Shown piece by piece: positions 29,788 to 38,892 of a DNA stretch of 64,000 bases. A program made the translations under genes and the position numbers. The notes below the pieces were generated by a model. That model was not told the DNA's origin. It did not search any database and saw nothing but the letters and a program-made list of their open reading frames with translations. Origin of the DNA: an uncultured Gammaproteobacteria bacterium (GTDB taxonomy: Bacteria > Patescibacteriota > Microgenomatia > Daviesbacterales > UBA10151); contig CAZJNI010000002.1 of the NCBI GenBank assembly GCA_964547465.1, forward strand, positions 6,043 to 70,042, in the 5' to 3' direction. How positions within the stretch are numbered: position 1 is the stretch's first letter; the number at the start of each line of letters is the position of its first letter.

Positions 29788-29851
29788 CTCAGTTGGTTAG
29801 AGCGTCGCATTCACATTGCGAAGGCCACAGGTCCGAGTCCTGTCTTGTCCA
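29778..29851 (+). tRNA. tRNA-Val (anticodon CAC)
   Basis: Manual fold: acceptor GGACAAG/CTTGTCC, D-arm GCTC..GAGC, anticodon stem TCGCA/TGCGA with loop TTCACAT, T-arm ACAGG-TCCGAGT-CCTGT. No encoded CCA. Confidence 0.8.
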
Positions 29852-29852
29852 C

Positions 29853-31502
29853 TTACAGGGATTTTGTTCGATTATTGTAGTATTCAGCAACTTTTTCATC
29901 AGTTGTGTACCATCTTCCTAAAAACCAAACAGCATCCAGTCTACCTCCATGTGCATGCGGGACAAGTGATTTATCAAAACTTGCAACCCTTTTGATTCCT
30001 GCTGGATAAATAATTTTATTCTCAATAGCTTTTCTAGCGATTGATAAAGCACCTGTAATACTATCTTCAGATTTGTCTAACCCCTTTTCTATATCAGTAC
30101 TTTTTTTGCCCTGCAGCTTTAAATTAACAATTTCTAATATGTAGGGAGACAAATTTACCTCTCTGATTTTCAGCCATTCATTAAATTGTCTTAGAAAAAT
30201 ATCAACTGCCAACTCAAAGTTATCTGGTTGAGGTAAATGACGTCTTTTTTTCCGAGGTAGCCTATGATCAGAAATGGCTTTAGCAGTCTTAAAAAACCAA
30301 TTCCGAAAATTCTCATGAGAATCATTTTCTGGCATATTCTCTAACTCAACTGCAGAAAAAAGTTCAATCTGTCTTTGTGATATTGAATTGATTACTTCAA
30401 TAGGTCTAATATTATTTTGTGACGCTGTGTAAGTAGTTAAAAATTCTTTCGCATCTTCTGGTTTAATAAACCACCAGCTACCTTTTTTAACTCCTGGTAA
30501 ATATCCGCTTGCTAGTGCCTCTGTTAATCTATTTTTCACAGCAGGAGTAGCTGGAAAATCACTTACTTGTTGATATTCTTTTCCGGGAGATTTTATTCTT
30601 CTTTTCGCTCTAATTCTTTTACTTCTAAATTCATTCAACCCTTCTTGGGTGATATAGATCCTTCCTTGAGTTCGGGTTAAAAGATGTTTATATCTAAATC
30701 CTAATAGGGTTCCATACTCATCTGACGTTGTTTGTTCAGCAAGAGGTAAAAATCCTTGTTCCAGCATTGATGTACTTAGTGTAACTCTTTTATAATGATA
30801 TCTTTGCACCCATTCATCCGTTGTATACCAGCGTCCTAGAAATTTTACTGCTTCTAAACCACCTCTGCTAGCTGCTGTTGCTAGGGAGCCATCTTGATAA
30901 TCAGCTAGTAGTCTAAATCCAGCTGGATAGAATAGATTTCCTTCAATTTTGTCTCTTGCCCTATACATTAAATTAAGTACTGCCCGTTGGGTAGATCCTA
31001 ACTCGTCTATAATTTCAGATATTCCTTTACCCGCTGTTCTTAGTTCTACAGCTTTTAATTGGGCGGGGGTTAGTAATTCGGTAAGTCTATCTTTAAACCT
31101 TGGCATCAAATCTATGAAAGTAGTCTCTGTTCTCTCTTTTGGTTGCCTAACAAAAGTATCCTCAAAAGATACACCACGTGTCCTGATAATTCTCCTTAAC
31201 TCCATATTTATATTTGCTCTAGCTATAGTAAATGTCCACTTGATAAATGTCTTTGTTGGATCCTTACCTTTCAGATCAAACTCAAAAGACGGAAGAGCAG
31301 CATACATTTCTGAAAGAGTATCTTGGGTAAGGTCTTCAGCTTCGTTTGGAAGACGACGTACTAAATATCTAAATAATTCTGGTCTTAAAAAACCATCTAA
31401 TTCAGCAAAAGCCCGCTCATCTCCAGCTTTTATTCTCTTAACCACCAATGGTATATCAATTGAAGGTTTTGGTGTCCCTCTGCCTTCTGCTTCTAAAGTC
31501 AT
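29853..31502 (-). CDS. ECF-type sigma-70 family factor (regions 2 and 4) fused to a ~350-aa extension. The extension carries a second region-4-like HTH, and each HTH is followed by a repeated YPAG[FI]..GG.L.AV.FLGRWYTTDE module
   Basis: Region 2: AGDERAFAEL..LFRYLVRRLPNEAEDLTQDT..WTFTIARAN. Region 4: LTPAQLKAVELRTAGKGISEIIDELGSTQRAVLNLMYRARDKI. Internal duplication seen directly in the translation. Confidence 0.6.
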   Translation of the reverse strand: MTLEAEGRGTPKPSIDIPLVVKRIKAGDERAFAELDGFLRPELFRYLVRRLPNEAEDLTQDTLSEMYAALPSFEFDLKGKDPTKTFIKWTFTIARANINMELRRIIRTRGVSFEDTFVRQPKERTETTFIDLMPRFKDRLTELLTPAQLKAVELRTAGKGISEIIDELGSTQRAVLNLMYRARDKIEGNLFYPAGFRLLADYQDGSLATAASRGGLEAVKFLGRWYTTDEWVQRYHYKRVTLSTSMLEQGFLPLAEQTTSDEYGTLLGFRYKHLLTRTQGRIYITQEGLNEFRSKRIRAKRRIKSPGKEYQQVSDFPATPAVKNRLTEALASGYLPGVKKGSWWFIKPEDAKEFLTTYTASQNNIRPIEVINSISQRQIELFSAVELENMPENDSHENFRNWFFKTAKAISDHRLPRKKRRHLPQPDNFELAVDIFLRQFNEWLKIREVNLSPYILEIVNLKLQGKKSTDIEKGLDKSEDSITGALSIARKAIENKIIYPAGIKRVASFDKSLVPHAHGGRLDAVWFLGRWYTTDEKVAEYYNNRTKSL

Positions 31503-31518
31503 GAGATCATTATATAAA

Positions 31519-31641
31519 ATGCCTATTTATAGTCAAATTAATTACATAAATCATTACGGTAAACCTCAAGATATAGAGTGGGCAATTGATGATCAGGGGA
31601 AAATTTGGATTCTTCAGTCAAGGCCAATAACTACGCTTTAA
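31519..31641 (+). pseudogene. Relic of a PEP-utilizing enzyme ATP-grasp (PPDK_N-type) gene: only the domain's C-terminal signature survives
   Basis: GKPQDIEWAIDDQGKIWILQSRPITTL matches the conserved DIEWA...G.LYILQ.RPIT end of the PPDK_N domain. Compare YEWMVDGGVKLIGIKPYTP in the 59525 ORF. The upstream part of the ORF is antisense to the sigma-like gene. Confidence 0.45.
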
Positions 31642-31696
31642 ATTTTTATATATCTACTTATCCCATATCAGGTATGAGGATAAAGATTGAGAGATA

Positions 31697-32524
31697 TTAT
31701 TTCAATTTCTTTATTGATGCACTTCCAACAAGCGATTGCATTTGTGTAATAGCAACCTCATTTAGTTGTATTAAACGCTTACTTTGGGATAGACCAAGCC
31801 GGATAAGTTCGGCATTTATACCTTCCAAATTTGCCAATACCACCAATTGAGTTACATCTGCCCAGTCGCGGATATTGCCGTTTTTATTATGATTTTCATC
31901 TCGCCACTCCTTAGCTGTTTTTCCAAACAGCGCCATGTTGAGTACGTCTGCTTCACTGGCATAGATTACATTGGTTGATTGCTTTGATAGTTGGGGAGGG
32001 ATCAAGTACGCTTTAACCGCATCAGTTTGAATCTTGTAGTTAATTTTTGCCAAAGTCCGTTTTATATCCCAACCCAAGGCTAAGCGTTGATTTTCTTCCT
32101 CTTTTAATCGTTGAAACTCTTTAATGAGAAACAGCTTGAATTCAGCGCTAATCCAACTAGCAAACTCAAAAGCAATATCTTTATGAGCGAAAGTGCCGCC
32201 GCCATATCTACCTGATTTAGAAGTCATACCTGTCGCAGCAGTAGAATCTATCCATTTTTGGGGAGAAAGGACAAATGAATTGCTTCCTGATTCATTTTTA
32301 AACCCGTCGAATTCGACCAGTTTAAAATTTGGGTTGTTTATCTTCTCCCATAAACCAAGAAATTCAATAGTACTATGGGTTCTCATCCAATTTTTTACAA
32401 CATCTGCAGGCGCATCTTTGTTTTTCAGCTTGGCAATATCAGTGAGAGAAATGAAGTCTCCCTGATCCTTTTTTAGTATATAGATCTGTATGCCCTTGGT
32501 AATTATCTTTTTCATTTTAGGCAT
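31697..32524 (-). CDS. KilA-N domain protein (phage/mobile-element-associated DNA-binding family)
   Basis: N-terminal YILKKDQGDFISLTDIAK...THSTIEFLGLWE. Central GGGTFAHKDIAFEFASWISAEFKLFLIKEFQRLKEEE is typical of KilA-N/DinD-like proteins. Confidence 0.6.
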   Translation of the reverse strand: MPKMKKIITKGIQIYILKKDQGDFISLTDIAKLKNKDAPADVVKNWMRTHSTIEFLGLWEKINNPNFKLVEFDGFKNESGSNSFVLSPQKWIDSTAATGMTSKSGRYGGGTFAHKDIAFEFASWISAEFKLFLIKEFQRLKEEENQRLALGWDIKRTLAKINYKIQTDAVKAYLIPPQLSKQSTNVIYASEADVLNMALFGKTAKEWRDENHNKNGNIRDWADVTQLVVLANLEGINAELIRLGLSQSKRLIQLNEVAITQMQSLVGSASIKKLK

Positions 32525-32664
32525 ATCTATACTTTATAACCAAATAATACCCGAAGTCAATAGAGAAAGTAGACCCACAAAAGCTAAAACTACTACAAAA
32601 GTTAATATGAAATTGTGCTAATTATTGTTAAAATAGTTGTCTAGAGATAATTTCTTCTAGGCCA

Positions 32665-34185
32665 ATGTATAAAATTTCAAAAAATATCCTTTATAATTTT
32701 TCGGGGCAAGTAACTCTACTAATTTTAACTATAGTTACAGCTCCCTTTATTATAAATTCCCTGGGTCATGATAAATATGGTATTTTTACTTTGGCTATTA
32801 CAGTTGTGGGTTATTTTTCTATTTTGGACTTAGGATTAGGTACCTCAATCATTAAATTTATATCAGATTCCCATTCAAGGCAGGATAAAGAGTCTTTAGA
32901 AAAAATTATCAACACCTCTTTAACTTCTTATACGGTAATTGGATTTTTGGGGGCAGTTTTGATTATATTATCTACTCAATTTATTGTAAGAGGGGCTCTG
33001 CATATTCCTTTAACCTTAATTCCCTTGGCCTTATCGGTTTTCTATATTAGTTCATTAGGTTTTTTTGTAAATATGATTTTGACAGTTTTTAATAGCATAC
33101 CTATTGCTTTAGAACGGATGGATATTACAAATAGCAGAAATATTATCTTTGGTCTTTTAAATACTTTAGGTATTGTTATACTTTTGATCCTTGGTCAGGA
33201 TCTTCTGACAGTAATTATATGGAGTATTTTAGTTTCAGTAGTCGCAACAGTAAGTTTTCTAAAGATAATTTTTGACCTTTTACCAAATATTAAGATAAAG
33301 TTTGGTTTTGATAAAGAAATATTTGTTAGGTTAATAAAATTTGGACTGTTTAAATCTATAGTTAATATAAGCGGTCAAATTGTTTTTCAGTTAGACAGAC
33401 TACTAATTGGTATTTTCCTTCCTATTGCATCTGTTACCTTTTATACTGTCCCTGCTATTTTGGCCCAAAGAGGTTTTTCAATACTCTTTAATGTTACAAG
33501 CGCTTTCTTTCCGGCTATTAGCTTCTCTCAAGCTAAGGATGATAAACAAAGAGTAAAAGATTTATATCTCCGTATGACAAAAATAATCATTTTGCTGATC
33601 TCCCCCCTTATGGCAATTATTTTTCTCCTTGCAGAAGATATTTTAGAGATTTGGTTAGGGTCTCAGTTTGCGTACCAAAGTACCTCAACCCTAAAAATAT
33701 TAACATTAGCTTATTTTCTAGCAGCTTTTTCTGCTCCGGGAGTAATTGTTTCAGATGCATCTAACAAACCTCAAATTCCAGCTATTTTTTCGATATTTAG
33801 TGCTGCGATAAACTTGATAGCAGCATTAATTTTAATACCGGTATTAGGCATAGAAGGTGCCGCTTGGGCACTCGTTATAAATTTTGCGGTTCAAGTTCCT
33901 GTATTTTTAATGATTGTTCATAAAAAAGTTCTAGGGATATCTCATCTTACTGTTATTGCTCAGTCAATAATAAAACCATTATTATCCGGGATTACTACAG
34001 CAGTAATTTTATATACCGCACTTAACTTCATTGATAGTCCAATCCAGCGTTTAGTAGCTATACCTATTCTTTTTGGTTTATTGTATATAGTTATAAACTA
34101 TCTTATTGGTACATTTGATGAGAGAGATAAGTTAATGGTTTTATTTTTTATAAACAGGTTTAAATTAATATTTCAAAGAAAATAA
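32665..34185 (+). CDS. Oligosaccharide flippase (Wzx/MOP superfamily, polysaccharide biosynthesis protein)
   Basis: About 14 predicted TM helices over 506 aa. Sits in a glycan-synthesis neighbourhood. Confidence 0.65.
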   Translation: MYKISKNILYNFSGQVTLLILTIVTAPFIINSLGHDKYGIFTLAITVVGYFSILDLGLGTSIIKFISDSHSRQDKESLEKIINTSLTSYTVIGFLGAVLIILSTQFIVRGALHIPLTLIPLALSVFYISSLGFFVNMILTVFNSIPIALERMDITNSRNIIFGLLNTLGIVILLILGQDLLTVIIWSILVSVVATVSFLKIIFDLLPNIKIKFGFDKEIFVRLIKFGLFKSIVNISGQIVFQLDRLLIGIFLPIASVTFYTVPAILAQRGFSILFNVTSAFFPAISFSQAKDDKQRVKDLYLRMTKIIILLISPLMAIIFLLAEDILEIWLGSQFAYQSTSTLKILTLAYFLAAFSAPGVIVSDASNKPQIPAIFSIFSAAINLIAALILIPVLGIEGAAWALVINFAVQVPVFLMIVHKKVLGISHLTVIAQSIIKPLLSGITTAVILYTALNFIDSPIQRLVAIPILFGLLYIVINYLIGTFDERDKLMVLFFINRFKLIFQRK

Positions 34186-34186
34186 A

Positions 34187-34789
34187 ATGGCAAAAAACTG
34201 GGCAACTTTTTACTCAAAATCCTTTGATTTTGAATTTTTGATCAGAAATACATATGTTCATCTTGATATGTTTAAGTCAATTTATAATGAACGCCCTAAA
34301 AGATTGCTTGAGGTTGGCGTTGGCAGCGGATCAATGTCCATCTTTTGGTCTTATTTAGGACTTAAATTATTTGCTTTGGATAATGATCCAAGAGTTTTGG
34401 AAAAAGCAAAATATATGTCAAAGAGTTTAAATGGTAATGTGAAATTTGTTTATGGGGATGCTTTTAAACTTCCATTTAAAGATAATTCTTTTGATGTGAT
34501 ATTTCATCAGGGACTCTTAGAACATTTTTCAGATGAAGAAATTATAAGACTCCTTAATGAGCAACTTAGAGTTGGAAAAGTAGCAGTTTTTAGTGTGCCC
34601 AATAATTTTTATAAGGAAAAAGATTTTGGTGATGAAAGATTATTATCTAAAAAAAATTGGGATAAATTTTTGAAAACAAATTTCAATTTAATTGAGAGTA
34701 AAAACTATAATCCTGTAAGAGAGAAGATCTTTAAAAAAATTCCATATAAAGTTGTAAATACGATGTACTATGCAAAAATAAAAAGATGA
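34187..34789 (+). CDS. Class I SAM-dependent methyltransferase
   Basis: LEVGVGSGSMS motif I. DVIFHQGLLEHF motif. Confidence 0.75.
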   Translation: MAKNWATFYSKSFDFEFLIRNTYVHLDMFKSIYNERPKRLLEVGVGSGSMSIFWSYLGLKLFALDNDPRVLEKAKYMSKSLNGNVKFVYGDAFKLPFKDNSFDVIFHQGLLEHFSDEEIIRLLNEQLRVGKVAVFSVPNNFYKEKDFGDERLLSKKNWDKFLKTNFNLIESKNYNPVREKIFKKIPYKVVNTMYYAKIKR

Positions 34790-35970
34790 AAAATATAGTT
34801 CTAGATTTAAGATCTCTGGAGAGCCCAACCGGCAAAAGAGGAATAGGTTATTTTAACAAACATCTTTTTGAGGCTTTACTTTCAAATCCCCATCCTGATT
34901 TTAAATTTAATTTATTAACTTTTCCCGGGAGCAGTTTACCCAGTAAGTTTAAGGTAGGGCCGGAAGATAAATTTAGGTCAGTACCGGCTTTATTTTGGCC
35001 AAAAAAAGGGCTGCGCAAACTTGACCCTTTTTTTTCCCTATTTTGGCAGCGAACACTAAATCAGCTTAAGAGTGAACTTGTACATATACCATCCCTTTTT
35101 GAAACATATTACCTAAATGTGCCAAATAATATTAAATCTATTGTGACGCTTTATGATCTTATCCCTCTGCTTTTTCCAAAGCAATATTTTCAAAATGAAA
35201 AAGCTCATGTTTGGTATAAACAAAGATTAGAACAAGCAAAAAATGCTTCAAAAATTATCACCATTTCGCAATCATCTAAAAGAGATATTGCGGAATTTTT
35301 AAAAATTCCATCTGAAAAAATTGAAGTTGTTTATGGTGGAGTAGATGCGCGGTTTAAACCAATAGATAAGCAAAAAGTATCAAAAATTATCCAAAAATAT
35401 AAAATTAAGCGGCCTTATATCTTAACAGTCAGCACTCACAGTTTTCATAAAAATATTTCCAGGATTTTTCAAGCGTTTAAAGAATATATTAATACATCTT
35501 TAAATAATGATTTAAATTTAGCAGTTGTTTGTAAATTAATTCCCACAGAGCTGAAAGACTGGCAAAGAGAGCTTAAACAGCTGGGAATAGAAAAAAGAGT
35601 TATCTTAACTAATTTTGTTGAAGATGAGGATTTAGCCGCCATTTATTGTGGAGCTGAAGTCTTTCTGTTTCCATCATTATACGAGGGTTTAGGGTTACCG
35701 GTTTTGGAAGCTTTTGCTTGTGGTACTGTTGTGATTACCTCAAATGTTGCATCAATGCCGGAGGTGGGGGGTGATGCTGCTTTGTATGTAAATCCGGAAA
35801 GTGTGGAAAATATTAAATCTGCGATTGCTCAACTTTTAAACGATCAAATCTTAAAGCAGCAGCTAATCAAAAAAGGTTTCAGCCAGGTTAAGAAATTTAG
35901 CTGGAATAAAGCATCCAAACAAGTAATGCAAATTTATAAAGAAATAATCCAAAATAAAATTGGGGGATAA
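34786..35970 (+). CDS. Glycosyltransferase family 1 (GT4-type)
   Basis: EGLGLPVLEAFACGTVVITSNVASMPEV is the canonical GT1 C-terminal motif. Confidence 0.85.
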   Translation: MKNIVLDLRSLESPTGKRGIGYFNKHLFEALLSNPHPDFKFNLLTFPGSSLPSKFKVGPEDKFRSVPALFWPKKGLRKLDPFFSLFWQRTLNQLKSELVHIPSLFETYYLNVPNNIKSIVTLYDLIPLLFPKQYFQNEKAHVWYKQRLEQAKNASKIITISQSSKRDIAEFLKIPSEKIEVVYGGVDARFKPIDKQKVSKIIQKYKIKRPYILTVSTHSFHKNISRIFQAFKEYINTSLNNDLNLAVVCKLIPTELKDWQRELKQLGIEKRVILTNFVEDEDLAAIYCGAEVFLFPSLYEGLGLPVLEAFACGTVVITSNVASMPEVGGDAALYVNPESVENIKSAIAQLLNDQILKQQLIKKGFSQVKKFSWNKASKQVMQIYKEIIQNKIGG

Positions 35971-37058
35971 AATAAGCTGTTAGCAAAAAAGGAATGGATT
36001 AAAAGTCCAACAATGGCGGAAATCAAAGCAGGATTTTTAGGATATGAATATTTTAAGAGACTTATCAGAAATATAAAATAGATACTAAGCCCAACTATTC
36101 CTGTAGTTGATGCAATGAATAAAAGACTGGAATCATTACCGGTTGAGCCGTGACCTTTGATGAATTCCTCGTCCCCTAAATTATATTCTTTTAAAGCATA
36201 TCTGTATGCATTAAACCCTACCCCTAAAATTGGGGATTTTTGAAAAATAGTAAAACCCTGCTGCCAGGTATCAACACGGGATGCGGCTGACTGGGTTCTG
36301 TCTATATATCTTGGTCTTGCTACTAATTCTGTATAAATTTGAAATCCGAGTAACAGAACAAAAAATAAAATAATTACTGATAAGAAAAATATTCTTGATT
36401 TTTTTAAAAAAGAAAAGGTTACACCACTGATTAAAAACATTAAATAACTTGAACGGGAAAAAGTAGCTAATAGAGCTATATATACTATTGCCATTACTGA
36501 CAGTCTAATATTGTGGAGATTCTTAAATGACATCAGTAGTAGAAATGTTAAAACAAAATAAGCACCTGCAAAATTTGGATCCAAAAATGTGGAGACCACT
36601 CTAAAATAATGCGGATCCCACCCGCTGATTGTCAAAAATTGTAAATCCGGTAAAAAAATAAACTGTAATAATCCTAAAATAGCTAAGCCAACTCCGCTGG
36701 TTAAAAATGTATTAGTAAGATTTTTTTTAAAGTCTGCAAAGGCGCCTGAATAAATTATCCAGCCGCTCAATATGTATGAAGAAAATCTGATGGTGTAAAA
36801 AAAGCTTAACAGGTATTCAGTTTTAGTTAAATGAAGTGGCGTTAAGATAAGTGATATTGTACTGCTAGTCAAAAATAATCCTGCAATTTTAATAAAAAGG
36901 GGTGGGTTTTTTAACCTGAACCTTAATTTAAAAATTCCCATAAGACAAAAGCAAATAACAAAAAAATCAAGCAGGGTAGGACCAAGATTTCCAAGAAGTG
37001 GAAACTTTATTAACTGACCTGCTAAAATCGAAAGTAGTAAACTTAAGTTAAGTAACAT
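35934..37058 (-). CDS. O-antigen ligase/polymerase-like (Wzy_C-type) integral membrane protein
   Basis: About 10 TM helices with a large periplasmic loop region. Neighbours are glycosyltransferases and a flippase. Confidence 0.45.
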   Translation of the reverse strand: MLLNLSLLLSILAGQLIKFPLLGNLGPTLLDFFVICFCLMGIFKLRFRLKNPPLFIKIAGLFLTSSTISLILTPLHLTKTEYLLSFFYTIRFSSYILSGWIIYSGAFADFKKNLTNTFLTSGVGLAILGLLQFIFLPDLQFLTISGWDPHYFRVVSTFLDPNFAGAYFVLTFLLLMSFKNLHNIRLSVMAIVYIALLATFSRSSYLMFLISGVTFSFLKKSRIFFLSVIILFFVLLLGFQIYTELVARPRYIDRTQSAASRVDTWQQGFTIFQKSPILGVGFNAYRYALKEYNLGDEEFIKGHGSTGNDSSLLFIASTTGIVGLSIYFIFLISLLKYSYPKNPALISAIVGLLIHSFFANSLFYPPILFWIISL

Positions 37059-37075
37059 GACCTAAATTATAGACT

Positions 37076-38137
37076 ATGAAACTATATCCTAACATAAGTT
37101 TAATTTTTTGTATCTGGACTTTATCGCTTTTAATGATATCTTTTTTTGGCTATTCTCTGCTTCCCCATTCTGAAAAAGCGGCTGCTGATTTTGTAAGCAA
37201 TTTATCAATTTGGGATGGAGGACATTATTTAAATATAGCAAAATATGGATACAGCGAAAAAATTCAATATGCTTTTTTCCCAATGTATCCTTTGCTAATT
37301 AGGGTTATTAATTTAGTTTTCCAAAATTACTTAATTTCAGGACTTTTAATAAGTGTAGTCAGTTCATTTTTAGCAATTCAAATACTTTATAAACTTGTCA
37401 TTTTGGATTTTGACAAAAAAATTGCTGAAAAAGTAATTCTATCTTTATTACTGTTTCCAACAGCTTTTTATTTTTTAATTGTTTACTCGGAAGGACTTTT
37501 TTTCCTTTTGACTGTTTCATCGTTCTACTTCTTAAGGAGGAATAAGCTTTTACTTGCAGTAATTTTTGCCAGTTTGGCATCTGCAACCAGGCTTTCGGGT
37601 TTAGCAGTAGTTTTGGCTATCTTAATAGATGTTCAAATAAATTATGGAATAAATAAAAAGAATTGGTTTGTTTTATTATCACCACTGGGATTTATTCTTT
37701 ATTGTTGGTTTCTTTTTCAACAAACTAATGATCCATTATATTTTCTTACAGCCGAAAACAATTGGCAAAGATATTTAACACTTCCCGGAATAAGTTTTTG
37801 GGAGTCAATAAGAAATATCTCTTCGGGTAATTTAAATTTGAATAATTTTAATATCTTTTTAGATCTTGTATTTTCTATATTTGGTTTAGGTTTTGTAATA
37901 AGAAGTTTTAGATTTTTACCATCAGTATATTCTTTTTATGGTACAATTTCTTTGGCTTTTCCGCTGTTCACTTCTACATTAATATCAATACCGAGATTTC
38001 TAGTAGTTTTATTCCCAATCTTTATTTTAATAGCGTTAATAAAAAATAAATATGTATCTTTGACTTATCAGGTAATCTCTTTAATGCTACTTTCACTTTT
38101 TGTAAGCCTTTTCATCAACGGATATTGGGTAAGTTAA
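37076..38137 (+). CDS. GT-C-type integral membrane glycosyltransferase-like protein (PIG-V/DUF2029-like)
   Basis: Multi-TM protein with WDGGHYLNIAKYGY near the N-terminus, resembling the conserved motif of GT-C mannosyltransferase-like families. Confidence 0.4.
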   Translation: MKLYPNISLIFCIWTLSLLMISFFGYSLLPHSEKAAADFVSNLSIWDGGHYLNIAKYGYSEKIQYAFFPMYPLLIRVINLVFQNYLISGLLISVVSSFLAIQILYKLVILDFDKKIAEKVILSLLLFPTAFYFLIVYSEGLFFLLTVSSFYFLRRNKLLLAVIFASLASATRLSGLAVVLAILIDVQINYGINKKNWFVLLSPLGFILYCWFLFQQTNDPLYFLTAENNWQRYLTLPGISFWESIRNISSGNLNLNNFNIFLDLVFSIFGLGFVIRSFRFLPSVYSFYGTISLAFPLFTSTLISIPRFLVVLFPIFILIALIKNKYVSLTYQVISLMLLSLFVSLFINGYWVS

Positions 38138-38865
38138 GGGGTGAAATTAATATTGCGGGAAATTTCCGTTGAATTTTGAGCGCTGTCCAAAGCCTTAATG
38201 GTAAAATTATTATCCCCATCATTTAAGGATTGATCAGAGGAAAAACTTCCATCTTGGTCAACAATTATTTGATTGCCGTTTATGAAAACTTTAGCACCTG
38301 CTTCTGTTTTACCGACAAACTTTATTTTTCTCTCACCCTGAATTTTCTTACTATCTTCAGGCTCACTTAAATCCAGAATAGGTTTTTCATTATCAAAAAT
38401 TATTTTAATTGTTTTAGAAGGTAGACTTTCATTACCCTTATCATCAACAGTTTTTCCATATATATTATTTGTGCCCAAACTTAAATCAATATTTTGAAAA
38501 TTGAATGAGCCATCAGAAGTGACATCTGCTGTTTGTTTTTCCTCATCATCCATAAAAAGTTTTACTTTCAAATCAGGTGTGGAATAGCCCTGGATATCAA
38601 TTTGGGTGCTACTGGTTGCCTCATACGGAATGTTTAAGACAGGAGGTGCCAGAGTTATTTGATTTTCTAAATTTAGTTTTTTGACAGTTGGATGAATAAA
38701 ATCCTTTACAGAACCAATTATTCCAATAAAATTTGGCAGAATCCAAAGTAAGGCGAGATAAGAAAAAATGATAACAAGTATTAAACTAATAATGAAATTG
38801 CGTTTGCTTTTGCCGGCTGCCCTTCTGATAGCACGGGGCCTATATTTATATGATCTGTAAGCCAT
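38134..38865 (-). CDS. Membrane-anchored protein with Ig-like extracellular repeats
   Basis: N-terminal TM helix then a beta-rich repetitive segment (NFQNIDLSLGTNNIYGKTVDDKGNES..). Confidence 0.4.
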   Translation of the reverse strand: MAYRSYKYRPRAIRRAAGKSKRNFIISLILVIIFSYLALLWILPNFIGIIGSVKDFIHPTVKKLNLENQITLAPPVLNIPYEATSSTQIDIQGYSTPDLKVKLFMDDEEKQTADVTSDGSFNFQNIDLSLGTNNIYGKTVDDKGNESLPSKTIKIIFDNEKPILDLSEPEDSKKIQGERKIKFVGKTEAGAKVFINGNQIIVDQDGSFSSDQSLNDGDNNFTIKALDSAQNSTEISRNINFTP

Positions 38866-38892
38866 TTGTAAATAGTATATAATAATCCAGCT

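Noticed and set aside
30949-31641. 230-aa plus-strand ORF
   Set aside because: Most of it is antisense to the sigma-fusion gene. Only the last ~27 codons carry homology (PPDK_N end motif). Treated as a relic rather than a gene.
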